Under the pieces are notes generated by a model that saw nothing but the letters and a program-made list of their open reading frames with translations, searched no databases and had not been told where the DNA came from. DNA of 64,000 nucleotides, taken from NCBI GenBank assembly GCA_963772725.1, contig CAVYYI010000003.1:576001-640000 (forward strand). The letters run 5' to 3'. This stretch comes from an uncultured Phycisphaerales bacterium. GTDB taxonomy: Bacteria; Planctomycetota; Phycisphaerae; Sedimentisphaerales; Anaerobacaceae. Both the position numbers and the translations under genes were made by a program. Positions 10,044 through 22,232 of this stretch are shown one piece after another (positions within the stretch are counted from its first letter, which is position 1; the number at the start of each line of letters is the position of its first letter).

Positions 10044-13000
10044 CTAAACCTGATTATCTTTAATTTCCACTGCCGTAGCCGGTGTTAGAAAATATAACCA
10101 CATACCGGCGATATCCTTTTTCAATATCATTTTAGCCGCTCTGCCGTAAAACTCCAACTGCTTTCGATAAAATTCCGCCCGCCTGCCGGCCTCACCCGCA
10201 CCAATATTATCATTCTTGAAATCCACCACAATCAATCCTTTCGGCGTTTCAGCCATCAAATCGATTATGCCCTGAACAACAATATTCTCGTCGCAGCCTT
10301 CGCACGAACCGCCGGCATACTCATTCACCGGCACGGCAAATGAGAATGGCCACTCGCGCAGCACGTTTTTAGCGTTGAGAATTTCTCTGCCCAAATCGCT
10401 CTGGAAAAATTTCATTATCGCTTTTGCGTTGACAGATTTAGCGACGTTTTGACTTATCGCGCCGTCACAGATGAGTTTATTAATCGTTTTCTGAATCTTA
10501 TCGAGAGTGACTTCGCCGTTTAAGTTGAGTTTGGCCAGCACAAGATGCACAGCCGTACCGATTTGCCCCGCATCAACCGTTTTAGTTGACTCATTCTGTA
10601 ACAGCGACTGCGGCTTTTGCGACAATGCCTTCGAATAATCAATCCGCAGAAATTCATCATTGCGATGCGTCATCTGCGTTACAGAGTCCTTAGCCGGAAG
10701 CTTACATATTTGCTCGAAGCGGTATCGCCACGCAAGCGATTCTTTTATCTTCTCAAATAATTCTCTATCTGCCGGTGCGATTTTTGTCTTTTTGGTTATC
10801 GCTGAACTTTTGATTTTATTATCTCTTAACTGCCTGAGATACTTCGACAGTTCATCAAGTTCTATTCGCCCATAAATTTCCGCGGTGAACAGCTTGTCAT
10901 CTTTCGCGCCTTCTTCCAAACCGGTCTCGAAAATCTCGTGCAGAAGTTTCTGGTCGCTCAGCCCATAAAGTATCCACTCCAGCGGCTTACAGCATCGCCT
11001 CAGCAACCAGTCACAGATTGCTCCATCGCTGAATAAAAATCCGCTGCTTATAATATTTTTGCAGCTCCCCGTCTTTTCAGATGCGACAAGAATGAGCCTT
11101 TCTCTTGCCCTTGTCATTGCGACATAGAGTATTCGCATTTCTTCCGCCAGCGATGCCGCCATCTTTTTTTCCGCGATAATCTGATGTGCCGTTCGAGCTT
11201 AATCTGCTCTGCGATTGCTGCTCGATTATCTGCAAACCCAAAGTGTCCTGGGCATCGTAAAGCAAATCGCAGTGAATGTCCCGCATATTAAATCTGCTGT
11301 TAAGTTCCGCCAGAAATACCACCGGAAATTCAAGCCCCTTACTCTTGTGAACGCTCATAATCCGAACAGCGTTTTCCGCCGCGCCCTGCGGTTCCGCCGA
11401 TGTCCAGTTCTCGCCCGCATCTTCCAGCTTTTCAATAAACTCTACGAACCGCCTCACCGAAGGCACACCAGTATTGCTCGCGAATCCCTCGAATTGCACC
11501 GCCCTGTCGTGCAGTTTAAGAAGATTGGCCTTACGCGCCGGGCCGCTAGGTAAAGCACTCACAAACGCCGTAAAATCAGTCTCAAGATAAATCCGCCAAA
11601 TCAAATCCGCTAGACTGCCTCGCCTGGCCGACACACGCCAGCAGTCAATTTTAGCAAATACCTCTTTGAGTTTGGCCGCCAGCTCTGTATCATCTCCATT
11701 GTTGGAATATTCAGCGGCCAGTTCATAAAAGTTTTTGCGCTGCGTATCGTCTTTATCGCTAAGTTTTATTTTGGCCAGTTCGCTGTCGGTAACTTTGAAA
11801 AATGGACTCCTCAGCACAGCGGCAAATTCAATATCACGTTGCGGATTATCCAGAATTTTCAGCAGACTTATGCAGTCCCGGATTTCCGTCGCCTCAAAAT
11901 ATCCGCCCGCATCTTGACTGCTCACAGGCACACCTGCCAGCCTAAGCACCTCAACGTAATCATTGACCCTTGTCGCCGGTGAGCGCAGCAGTATAACGAT
12001 ATCGCCGTATTGCACAGGTCTTAACTTATCCTGCTGTTTATCATAAATCTCAAATTCCGCCTTGCCCGATTCAACTCCGACAATCTGCCTAATTCGCTGG
12101 GCAATCATCGCCGCCTGACGCTGACGTGCACTGATTCCCGTCTCGCTTACGTCCTCTTCGCTGTTTGGCTCCCCGTTTTCTTCCTGCTCCTGCGACTCTT
12201 TATCCCTGCCTTTTTCATCGAGTATATGCAGCTCAACTGCGGGAATATCGCTCGTCTTCACCGCTGCTGACGCGGGCCTTAATCTCGCGGATTCGTCATA
12301 ATCAATCTTCGACAGCGATTCGGTCATTATCCTGCTGAACACTTTATTCACAAAATCGAGAATCCCTTTATCCGAACGGAAATTGGCGTTGAGGTCGATA
12401 CGCAATCCCTGCGTCGTTGTCCCCGGCTTAGTCGATGTGGGCTTTAACCGCTCCAGGAAAATTCCCGGCTCGGCACCGCGAAATGCGTAAATGCTCTGCT
12501 TGATGTCCCCGACCACGAAAATATTATCGCCCGAACGTAGCGCATCCAGAATCGCCTGCTGAACAGGGTTGATGTCCTGATATTCATCAACGGATATATA
12601 TTTATACCTTTTGCGAAGCGCCTCCGCCGTTTGCGATGGCAAAAACTTTTCCCCGTCTTCCGCCTGTATTGTCAGCAGTTTCAGTGCGTAATGCTCGAGG
12701 TCGGCAAAATCAAGACAATTTACAGCCATTTTAGCCTGCCGATAAAACCAGTCGAATTTTTTGACAAGTTCGATAATAACCCTCGTATGCTCCGTTACCG
12801 CCCCGCCAATCCTATTGAGATACTCCGGATTAACGATTGAAAGTTTGGAAAGGCCGACAAAAGCGTCCACGGCGTTTTTCACTGTGTCTTTAATGAGTTT
12901 CGCCGCCGATTCCGGTATATCTTTTGGTGTGCGAACATTCTGTTTTTCAAAATTTGTTAGCGCCTCGGTAAATCTTTTCCAATTTCCTGATTTCAATAAC

Positions 13001-13791
13001 TTGGCGCTTTCCTCGATAGGGCTAAGAAAATTATTCTCGCACTGGTCAAGCCATTTATTCGACGGGTCATATTTTTCGCAGAGTTTTACAGCGTCTCTAA
13101 GCTGCCCGGCGATATCATCCAGCTTTTTCACAATGAGTTCTTTTTGCTTCTTGCCGACTTCACCTGAAAAAGCATCCATCCCCGCGAGCAAATTCGCCCG
13201 CTGATACCAGTTTCCACGTGAAACCAGCCCATCCAGAAAATTACTCAGACATATAATATTACTAAGCCATCCGCCGTTGGTGCGCAAATCGCGCCTGTAT
13301 AAAAGCCGCTCAAGAGGCTGCTGCAAATTGCTCTGCTGCCAGGCCCATTCGATTGTCTTTTCCAGCGCCTCCGCCTTTAATAACTGCTGCTCATCGGCGT
13401 CTATCATCACAAACCCGGGGTCAAGACCAAGCTCATAAAAATATTCCGTAATCAATTTCCTGCAGAATGAATGTATCGTCCCTATATCAGATGCCGCCAG
13501 GAACAAAAGCTGATGACGCAGATGCGAATCGGCCTTTTTTTGCTGCGATGCGTCTTTGAGTTGTGCAGCGATTCTTGAACGCATCTCTTCAGCGGCAGCC
13601 TCAGTAAAAGTCAGCACTAAAATATTCCGCACGTCAGGACAGATTTTTTTGTCGGAGACAATATCCACGCACCGTCCCGAAAGCACCGCTGTTTTTCCTG
13701 TACCCGCAGACGCGGTGACAAGAATATCCTTGCCGCGTTCCTTAATCGCCCGCGCCTGCTGCTGGGTCCATTTGACTTTTTTCTCAGTCAT
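10044..13791 (-). CDS. addA: Helicase-nuclease AddAB subunit A (frameshift near 11192, probably a sequence error)
   Basis: ASAGTGKT, LTFTEAAA, DEYQD, VGDIKQSIY, NFRS, SVHKSKGLEF in 11077-13791; LYVAMTRA and the GIIDL...VDFK nuclease in 10044-11162. Confidence 0.92.
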
Positions 13792-16700
13792 TGCCCCCCC
13801 CTGTTTTTTCGATAAACTCGTTTTTGTCCCTGCATGACTCCAAAAAATTATAATCGTTTATCTGCCAGTCGAATCTGCAAACCGCCCGATAATTACAGTA
13901 ACCGCAGGGCGTATCATTGTTAAGCCGATAAGGCCTGACATCGATTTTGCCGCTGACCATTTCTTTAGCCAGCGAGATTATTTTTCTTTCTGCGTATTGC
14001 ATCACACTTTCAAAATCTTCCGGCTTCATCGAGCCGCTTGTATTATAGCGACTATATCGGTCGCCATTAATTGAAATTGAAAAATTATAAAACGTACTGC
14101 TGCCCGAAGTCAGGGTTCTATCCAAAAGCTGAAAATATTCCCCGTTGAAAATACCTTTTGCCTTATACCCGAACTTCTCAGCGATTTCATCTATCTCACT
14201 GGTATCCGCTTTATCAACGCCGATTACTATCGGCAGATAAAACGCACCGATGACCTTATCGATTTTCGATTTACCCCCATCGGTGCAGCCAGCGGCAAGC
14301 ATATAAATCGCCAACTGCATATCAAGCCCGTTATAAAACTCCGACCACCTGAATGTCTTTCCGCTAAGCTTATAATCGAAAACAACGGCGAGTCTCTGCC
14401 CATCCGCCTGCGCAATATCGAGCCTGTCAATCATGCCGCGTAAAGACAAAGTCTGTTTATCGGAAAGCGGAATTTTATATTCGCCCAATCCCTTGCTGGC
14501 ATAACCAAAAGAAATCTCCGAACAGTTCGGCATAAATTCACCCGCGCGAACCATCCTCGCAATCGCTGGTACAAATCTTTCCAGACATTCCTGGGCTGAA
14601 CGAATAATAAATTTGTTATGCTCACTATGCCGGACAAAACCTGCGATGAATGAATCGCTCTGAACAATTTCCGATTTCACCTCTTCGAGAATTTTTAACA
14701 GCTCATCGTCGCTGACCGATGTGAAACTTTTCCCCTGCGATTGCATCTTCTTAAATAAACCATCCAGCACGCTATGATAAAATTTACCGATATCGAGCGG
14801 CTCAAATTTGGATTCTTCTCGCTCCTTCAGTTCGAGAATATGCTCAGCGAAATGCTTGTATGGGCAGGCCGCGAACCCGCTCAATCTTGTTGATGAAGCG
14901 GTTATCTCCCGCCCGAAAAGCCGCTCAATAACGTTTTTATCCAGTGACGGGATGTTATCATACTCTATCGCCGCCTTTACCCTTGTCCCCATATCTGCAA
15001 GTTCCTTATCATTGCAAACATTCTCCAGCAGGGAGTCCAGAACCACCAGTCTTGAGTCTTGGGTCTTGTGTCTGAGGTCTTTCCCAAGTTCGCTGCACAG
15101 TAACTCGGACAATTCGCTGCGGCTGTAAATGTTCGCAATATCATCTTGCTTTGCCGAAAAACTTTCCTCGCTGAGATTTGCAAAAAGCTCCTGAAGATTC
15201 GTTACAAACTGCGAGCGCACTGCGGGCCTGCCTTTATCATCACCGACCGGATAAGTGACAATCAGCTTTTCACACGCACGAGTAAACGCGATATATGCCA
15301 GGTACTGCCTTTCCGCCAGGCTTTGCTCCGTTGTCGCGGCCAGTTGAAATTCTGCCGCATCCGCAGCCTGACGGTCCTGGTCGCTCAATATCCCACGCGA
15401 ACTTATCGGCGAGGGAAACTGCCTCTGCGTTGTTCCTGTCAAAAAGACCGCCTTTAAGTCCGGATGCCTGCTTCGCTCTATCGAACCGACCAGAACCTGG
15501 TCGAGGCGAGGAGGTATAAATGCCAATGTAAGTTGCGAAAACGCCGATGAAAGAATCGAAAGATAATCCTCGCACCTCATCTCCGCGCCGGCAAAAACCT
15601 CAGCCATCTCATCGAATACGGCGATTAACTTGTCGTAAAACTGCTGATGCTCATCGACCGTTTTATAATCCGCCGAACTAACGGCCTGCTCAATCCATTT
15701 GCCGATAGTCTCTTTTGTTTTTAATCTTTCGAGAAATTCAAACACCGCCCGCACAAACTCCGCCGAGTTTATTTTCTCGCCACAGCGATAAATCTGCTCT
15801 TTCAGTATAAACAGCGGCTCAACAATGCTCCTGCGTATGCGATTGACCCGCCCCTGGTCGAAATGAGGCTGCCTGCTGTCATCAAACTGCCAGTCTTCAT
15901 CTTTCTGCCAGTCACTTCCGCTGACCCCGAACGCCGTACAGTAATTTTCCAGCAAATCTACGTCCCCGTTTTGTAATGGCACAAGGTCTGTTTTAAGATA
16001 CGCGAAAATGCCCCCCGCCGCAAAACCACCGCTCACCGTCCGCAGCGATGAGCAGATAAGCTCCACCGCCGGATGCTGATTCAAAGGCTTACGCATATCA
16101 ATGAAAAACGGTATCCCGAATTCTTCGAAATACGCCCTTATATAATGCTGACAGGATTTAATGTCCGATGCAATTACCGCAATGTCCCGATAGCGATACG
16201 CCTTATCCTTAACGAGCTTAAGTACCTCTTTTGCGACAAACTCAGCCTCCGTCCTGCTGTCAGGCAGCGATACAATCCGGATATTTCCGGTTGCCTTGAT
16301 TTTCCGCGGCTGCGGTTTGAAAATTTCACGCTCGATATGGGCCAGTTCGGGGCTGGCGGAAAATCTTACCGCTTTTTTTAGAATTACCGGCTCGGCGATT
16401 TTGACGCGGCATTTTTTGATTATGCCGGTAAGCTCCGCGTAAGTCCGCTGCGTCGGGTAAAACAGGCTTGTCGGGTCAATATCGCCCGCCTCGGGATTTC
16501 GCAAATCGATATTATCAGTATCAAGACAAAGGGCTATCCTGGTTTCCTGGGCAACTTTAACCAGTTCCGCGAGAACGGCCAGTTCGCTGGCGGTAAAACC
16601 GGCGAAGCCGTCCACCCATAATTTTGCTCCTTTGATAAATTCAGCTTTTGCGACGGCCCCGCGCCAAGGTTTAGCCTGCATATCCGCATCGGTAAACCGC

Positions 16701-17212
16701 CCCTCGATAGCGTGTAAGTACTTGGTAAATACAAGGTTTATGTCAGTGAATTTGCCTGCGGCGGCGGTATTTTTTCCGTTTAATTCCTTCAGCAACTCAT
16801 TAATATCTTCCGGCGTTTGGGCGTATTGGTGAAGTTCGGCTATCGTCTCGGCGACCTGCTTACTCATTGCGGGCCTGTCTGCGGATGAGCGTAAAAGAAC
16901 CAGTTTGTCGCGGCTTTCACGGAGGATTCGGTGAATTATCATCTGGCGGCCGATTGAGGAAATGGCCGGCCTGACGAGGTTTTTGCCTGCTAAGAGGAAT
17001 TGCAGCCGGTCGAAGGAAAGGACGTTGAGACGATTGTAACCCTTTATTCTTTCATCACTTAGAATTGCTCGCTCGGCCTGATAGCTGGCCTGCTCAGGCA
17101 CGAGGAGGATTAAGGGCCCAGGGGCAGTGCTGAGCAGTTCCGCCGCTATCGCCTGCGTACAATAGCGGGTTTTGCCCGTGCCGCTTCTGCCTAAAATAAA
17201 CCGAACCGCCAT
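13784..17212 (-). CDS. addB: Helicase-nuclease AddAB subunit B
   Basis: GRSGTGKT, LVPEQ, CPYKHF, GMIDRLD, DYK, QLAIY, CGYCNYRAVC Fe-S staple; overlaps addA start. Confidence 0.93.
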   Translation of the reverse strand: MAVRFILGRSGTGKTRYCTQAIAAELLSTAPGPLILLVPEQASYQAERAILSDERIKGYNRLNVLSFDRLQFLLAGKNLVRPAISSIGRQMIIHRILRESRDKLVLLRSSADRPAMSKQVAETIAELHQYAQTPEDINELLKELNGKNTAAAGKFTDINLVFTKYLHAIEGRFTDADMQAKPWRGAVAKAEFIKGAKLWVDGFAGFTASELAVLAELVKVAQETRIALCLDTDNIDLRNPEAGDIDPTSLFYPTQRTYAELTGIIKKCRVKIAEPVILKKAVRFSASPELAHIEREIFKPQPRKIKATGNIRIVSLPDSRTEAEFVAKEVLKLVKDKAYRYRDIAVIASDIKSCQHYIRAYFEEFGIPFFIDMRKPLNQHPAVELICSSLRTVSGGFAAGGIFAYLKTDLVPLQNGDVDLLENYCTAFGVSGSDWQKDEDWQFDDSRQPHFDQGRVNRIRRSIVEPLFILKEQIYRCGEKINSAEFVRAVFEFLERLKTKETIGKWIEQAVSSADYKTVDEHQQFYDKLIAVFDEMAEVFAGAEMRCEDYLSILSSAFSQLTLAFIPPRLDQVLVGSIERSRHPDLKAVFLTGTTQRQFPSPISSRGILSDQDRQAADAAEFQLAATTEQSLAERQYLAYIAFTRACEKLIVTYPVGDDKGRPAVRSQFVTNLQELFANLSEESFSAKQDDIANIYSRSELSELLCSELGKDLRHKTQDSRLVVLDSLLENVCNDKELADMGTRVKAAIEYDNIPSLDKNVIERLFGREITASSTRLSGFAACPYKHFAEHILELKEREESKFEPLDIGKFYHSVLDGLFKKMQSQGKSFTSVSDDELLKILEEVKSEIVQSDSFIAGFVRHSEHNKFIIRSAQECLERFVPAIARMVRAGEFMPNCSEISFGYASKGLGEYKIPLSDKQTLSLRGMIDRLDIAQADGQRLAVVFDYKLSGKTFRWSEFYNGLDMQLAIYMLAAGCTDGGKSKIDKVIGAFYLPIVIGVDKADTSEIDEIAEKFGYKAKGIFNGEYFQLLDRTLTSGSSTFYNFSISINGDRYSRYNTSGSMKPEDFESVMQYAERKIISLAKEMVSGKIDVRPYRLNNDTPCGYCNYRAVCRFDWQINDYNFLESCRDKNEFIEKTGGGND

Positions 17213-17351
17213 CGCAATTCATCCTTGATTTGAAATAATTTTCCTGTTTTTACCACAGCCGCCGATTATTTGCAATTTGCTTCTTAAATACCTCTAAAAA
17301 TTGCCGAAAGAACAGTTTTTGCAAAAAATTTGAAATTTTTTCAAAAAAAAC

Positions 17352-17379
17352 TGTAATTTTTTCGCCACTTGGACGTCTA
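17352..17379 (+). promoter_or_regulatory. ECF-type promoter-like motif 1
   Basis: TGTAAT-N16-CGTCTA; spacer TCGCCACTTGGA resembles that of motif 2. Confidence 0.45.
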
Positions 17380-17464
17380 TATATATAGTGAGGCATTAAA
17401 AAGAACGGCGTGAAGTAAAAAACTAAACTATTTTTAAGTTTTTTTAAAATTTTTTTAAAAAAAA

Positions 17465-17492
17465 CGCAACAAATCGCCGACTTGTACGTCTA
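17465..17492 (+). promoter_or_regulatory. ECF-type promoter-like motif 2
   Basis: CGCAAC-N16-CGTCTA, matching the AAC / CGTC pattern of ECF promoters. Confidence 0.5.
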
Positions 17493-17499
17493 TTAATAT

Positions 17500-17613
17500 A
17501 AAGAAAGGTTAGTTAACGATAACTAACCGTGAAAAAACAATCATAGCGAAAATATGATAGTTTTTTACACATTCTTCCTCCTTATGGCCGGTGCGTAACC
17601 GGCCATTTTATTT
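17500..17613 (+). ncRNA. Candidate small RNA (two hairpins, single-stranded CUUCCUCCUU, terminator)
   Basis: GGTTAGTTA-ACGA-TAACTAACC hairpin, second hairpin 17529-17570, anti-SD tract 17571-17583, terminator ATGGCCGGT-GCGTA-ACCGGCCAT-TTTATTT. Confidence 0.45.
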
Positions 17614-17625
17614 AGCATAATCGCT

Positions 17626-17777
17626 ATAATCGAGACCTCTGAAAAACCCGAGATTGCTTCGTTGCTGCACTCCTCGCAATGACAAAATCTGCGTTTTTAT
17701 GTCATTGCGATGCCTCTTTGAGGCCGCGGCAATCTCTGATTTTTTCAAAGTCATAGTTTTTCAGAGGTCTCGATTAT
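17626..17777. repeat. MITE/REP-like palindromic element
   Basis: Perfect 22-bp terminal IR ATAATCGAGACCTCTGAAAAAC (17626-17647 / 17756-17777) enclosing an inverted GAGATTGC...CGCAATGAC / GTCATTGCG...GCAATCTC pair. Confidence 0.75.
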
Positions 17778-17809
17778 CATTGCCCCCTGTGATAGATAGA
17801 CCCGGCAAG

Positions 17810-19446
17810 TTATTTTAAATCATTTTTTTTCTTATTAATCGGCCAGGGAAGTACGCCGCAACGCTTGGCCCAGGCTTGATATTTCTCAAGCATCTCCTTC
17901 AGGCGTTCCGGCTGCCGTTCAGCAAGGTTATTCAATTCCGTCAAATCATCCTTTAGATTATACAATTCCCACTTATCATTGTACTGTGAAACCAATTTCC
18001 AGCCGCCGTCCAGCACACCGCGATTGCCCATGTGTTCCCAAAATAGCGTTCGAGGCTGCGGTTGAATTGACGTTTGAAAGTGCGGCAATAAACTGATACC
18101 CTCCAAAGAAGCCTGGCTACCTTTTAAGGGCATCGCATCCAATCCGGCCGCATCCAGACAAGTCGGAAAAATATCAATAATGTGGCAAAATTGTTCCCGC
18201 AGTTTATTGTGTTCTTTAATGACGTTAGGCCAACGCACAATAAATGGACTCGCCACACCGCCAAAATGCGCATACCGTTTGTACAAACGGAACGGCGTAT
18301 TACTCATTTTAGCCCAGCCTTTTGCATAGCCGCCTTTGGACTGCTTGGTACCGAAAACAGCGTCTTTGTTTTTCTCAAAACCCATGTTATCATTTTCCTG
18401 AGCGCCGTTATCAGAAAGAAACAACAGCAAAGTGTTCTCTTCAATTCCAAGCCTCTTTAAGGCGAGTGTGATTTTACCGATATTCTGGTCAAGATTATCA
18501 ACCTGTGCAGCATAGACGGCCATTTGGCGGTCTAATTTAGTTTTTTGTTCATCGGTCAATTCGTCCCATTTGAAATCCAGCGGCTCAGACAGCTTGTACT
18601 TTTTATTAATAATACCAAGCGATATCTGTTTTTGATAACGTTTTTGCCTGAGAACTTCCCAGCCTTCTTTATACTTTCCGAGATATTTTTGAATATCTTT
18701 TTCTTTTGCCTGCTGTGGAAAATGTGGTGTTACATAAGGAATGTATATGAAGAATGGAATGTTATCTTTTCGAGCATTTGTAATCTGTTCTATCGCATAA
18801 CCCGTAAAGGCATCTGTGCTGTAAAATGTTTCTTCGTCGGGTTTAGTAACAACCGGTCCCTTGTTATCATCTTTATTAAACAAAACAATGGTCCGCTCAT
18901 AGTGTGGAGGCCAGAAGTAAACTCCGCCGCCCTCAGGAATTCCGTAGAATCGTTCAAAACCGCGTTCCCAGGGTTTCTGTCCTTTGCCAGTCCCGAGATG
19001 CCACTTGCCTGACATGATGGTTCGATAGCCGGCTCGCTGCATCATTTGCGGCAGGGTGACGAATTCATCTTTCATGTCCCCCTGATAAGAGGGATAGCCC
19101 ATGTCGCTGACCATGCATCCCACCCCTGCCAGATGCGGGTACAGGCCCGTCATCAGCGTCGCGCGGGAAGGGAACGGCGTGCGGTATTAAAAAAGCGTGT
19201 AAACCGCAAACCTTCCTGAGCTAATTGGTCCAGGTTGGGAGTTTCTATCTCACCGCCGAAACAGCCTACATCTGAATAGCCCATATCATCCAGCATAATG
19301 ATGATAATATTCGGTTTATTAAATGATTTTGCTGCCGAAGAAGTTAATATTGATTTAGTAAAAGCAAGCGATGAATACGCAGCGGTAAACCCTAATGCGC
19401 TCTTCAAAAATGTGCGCCTATTCAATTCGGTACTCCTTTCGGCCAA
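17810..19446 (-). pseudogene. Tat-exported arylsulfatase, frameshifted in the active-site motif
   Basis: NRRTFLK Tat signal, KPNIIIIMLDDMGYSD, GKWHLG, SDNG, HIIDIFPT; frame break at about 19170 inside (C)xPSR. Confidence 0.85.
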
Positions 19447-19642
19447 TAATTGGAAATTGATACCATAAACAGTTTATAGGAAGGATTATAAGTTGTCAAA
19501 AAAATAGCTGATGTCGCCAGATTTGAGTTTTAAAAAACAGTTAAGTTCAGGAAGAGGAAATTTCATGGTTTGATTTTGAGATTGGCATTTGAGATTGGCT
19601 TTTGATTTGCGTAGCCATCGTAAAAAAGTTAGAATCTGGCGA

Positions 19643-20700
19643 ATGATAAAGAGAAAAAAAACCAGTACGGTTCGAGTCGGCTCGGTTAAAATCGGCTCGG
19701 ATTACCCGGTAGTCATTCAGTCGATGACCAAGGTCAGCACTACCGATATAGACCGATGCGTAAGGCAGGTTGAAGAGCTTGCGCAGGCGGGCTGTCAGTT
19801 GGTGCGGATAGCTGTTCCGACGCGGGAGGATACGGCGGCGTTCGCCAAGATTGTGCGGAAGGTAACCATCCCGCTGGTTGCGGATATTCATTTCAGTCCT
19901 GACCGGGCGATTGAGGCCATTGAGGCGGGGGCGGCCAAGATAAGACTTAACCCGGGAAATATAAAAAACCGCGGTGATATTTTGCGAATAATAGACGCAG
20001 CCAAGGCGCACAAAACGGCGATTCGTATCGGGGTCAACGAGGCGAGCATAAGAAACCTCAAGGCCGGCGACACAAAACTCGATAAACGCGTTGAACTGAT
20101 GCTCAAAGAGATGAAAAAATACGTCCGGCTGTTTGAGTCCCGCGGTTTTACACAGATGGTATTAAGCGCAAGAGCAGCGACGTTGTCCGCACAATTGAGA
20201 TAAACCGGCTAATCTCAAAAACGTTCGATTACCCGGTTCACCTGGGGCTGACGCACGCGGGGCTGCCTGAAGACGCGGAGATTCCATCGGCGGCGGCGAT
20301 TGGGACTTTGCTGGCCGAGGGCATCGGCGACACAATCAGGGTCAGTGCCGCTGGAGAGCCGGTGATTGAGACGGAGATAGCCAAAGAGATTTTGATATCG
20401 CTGGGGCTTTATGAACGTTCCAGACCGGAACTGATAGTTTGTCCCACCTGCGGCAGGACGGAAATCGACATAATCAAACTTGCCAGGGAGGTTAAAAAAG
20501 CGTTGCGAGATTTTAATAAGCCGCTGCGGATAGCTGTTATGGGCTGCATAGTCAACGGGCCGGGCGAGGCGGCGGACGCGGATTTGGCGGTGTGCGCGGC
20601 AAAGAATAAGGCTTTTATATACCTTAAAGGCCGTAAAATCGGCGTTGTATCCAAAAAAGAAATAATACCGGTGATGCTCAAGGAATTGAGAAATCTGTAA
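19643..20700 (+). CDS. ispG: (E)-4-hydroxy-3-methylbut-2-enyl-diphosphate synthase (frameshift near 20170, probably a sequence error)
   Basis: IQSMT, PLVADIHF, RLNPGNI, IRIGVN, GIGDTIRVS, CPTCGR, MGCIVNGPGEA. Confidence 0.92.
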
Positions 20701-20749
20701 CTCCCCGAATATTTCGACAAGCCCAATACAGGTAAATCGGCGGGCTAAT

Positions 20750-21587
20750 TAGTCGTCCCTGAAAAAGTAGATTTCAGTTTCAGGCGGCATATGTAAGCTG
20801 GGCAAATTCTGCCGACAGCCCCAAATTTTGAATAAACCGGCAAAGCCAAAAAATAATTTTCCGCAGCAACTTGCGGATATTAAACCCGCAAGCGCTCAAT
20901 ATCGCATTAACCTTATCGCCTTCGACGCCCTTGAGGTAGTTTCTGTCCAGACCGTTATCAGATTTACAATGTCCTATCACAGGCTCAATCATACTTCGCC
21001 TGCTGTACCACTTTCGGATACTTCTCGGCAGCTTTCGCCAACCCCTTTTGACGATATGAACCTCCGCAATATCTCCACAGCCATGACCTTTGTACCCATC
21101 ATCAACATAAACATCTTCAAAACCTTTTTTATCCAGCAGTTTCATCGTCTGGGAGAGTGTATCTTTTAACGTATGTCCATCATATGGATTCCCTTCAAAA
21201 GCAACCGCTGCGACTACAAAGGCGTTTTGAGCGGGAGACGCCAGTGCCACCTTACAGCCAAACTCATACTTCTTGTGTGCCTTGCCCTTGCTTATGCAGT
21301 TAACCTCCGGCGCGTGAATACTGTATAGCTTGTTACTGCTGTCCCGTTTCTGTGATAATAACCTCCTGGACATATCGAGCAATTCTGAAAACTCCTGCTG
21401 CAATTGAGGCTTCTGCAATATCTTACGCTCTATATCCCTTGTAACTCTTCCCAGACAGGTCTTTAGTTTCCTTAATTGCTTATCCGCTTTTTTGAACTGC
21501 CTGGCGTGTGAAAATCTGTGCTGCATAACAAAAGCCCTTTTGGCTACCCTCTGATAACTCTGCCGAAGTTCTATGTCATTATCCTGT
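20750..21587 (-). mobile_element. IS5-family element, 5'-truncated (transposase C-terminal part 20780-21526)
   Basis: KLYSIHAPEV.CISKGKAHKKYEFG, GNPYDG, RRSMIEPVIGHCK; right end GTCGTCCCTGAAAAA at about 20752. Confidence 0.85.
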
Positions 21588-21878
21588 GCCTAATAATGCG
21601 GCGTGAGCGAGGCAACTGGGAACCTGATGCAGAGTTGATTAATAATCTGATTCCCAATTTGTCGAAAATTTGCCGAAAAGTTTCTGTACAACCATTCACG
21701 CTTCATGATTTGCGTCGAACATGTATAACCAATTGGGCCAAAAGCTTACCCATCCAAACTGTCCAGCAATTAGCAGGTCACTCGAATATTGTAACCGTCC
21801 GACCAAGTACATATTGTAAATGCTGATGAGGTAGGGATAATCGTTTTTGGTTTTGAGGTTTATTTAAGGAACAAAATC

Positions 21879-22232
21879 ATGAGCGATAATGGTAAAGTCA
21901 CAAAAGCGGACCAGACCGAGTTCTGGAAAATGGTTTTGGAAACATACAAATCAAGCAATCTGTCAATTCATCAATTTTGCAAACAGGAAGGTCTTCACGA
22001 ATGGGCATTTTACTCTTGGCGTAGAAAGCTGGCAGGTCAGCAGCCTCAAAAATTCGTTACTCCAACAACACCAGATAATCCGGCATTTATCGAAGTTCCC
22101 GTCATACGCCCAAAGCCGCAGCCATTGGAACTTATACTAAGAAGCGGTCATATACTGAAAATACCCTCTGACATTGACCAGGGCACAATCAATAAGGTTT
22201 TCTCTGCATTAAAGGAAACACAGTTGTGCTGA
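21879..22232 (+). CDS. tnpA: IS66 accessory protein TnpA
   Basis: SNLSIHQFCKQEGL...FYSWRRKL; first ORF of the IS66. Confidence 0.85.
   Translation: MSDNGKVTKADQTEFWKMVLETYKSSNLSIHQFCKQEGLHEWAFYSWRRKLAGQQPQKFVTPTTPDNPAFIEVPVIRPKPQPLELILRSGHILKIPSDIDQGTINKVFSALKETQLC

Noticed and set aside
197..16832. Numerous 60-220 aa antisense or alternate-frame ORFs in the track
   Set aside because: Shadows of well-supported genes, without motifs of their own.
11160..20310. Programmed frameshifting in addA and ispG
   Set aside because: No convincing slippery site with a stimulator; the window-wide indel pattern points to sequence error.
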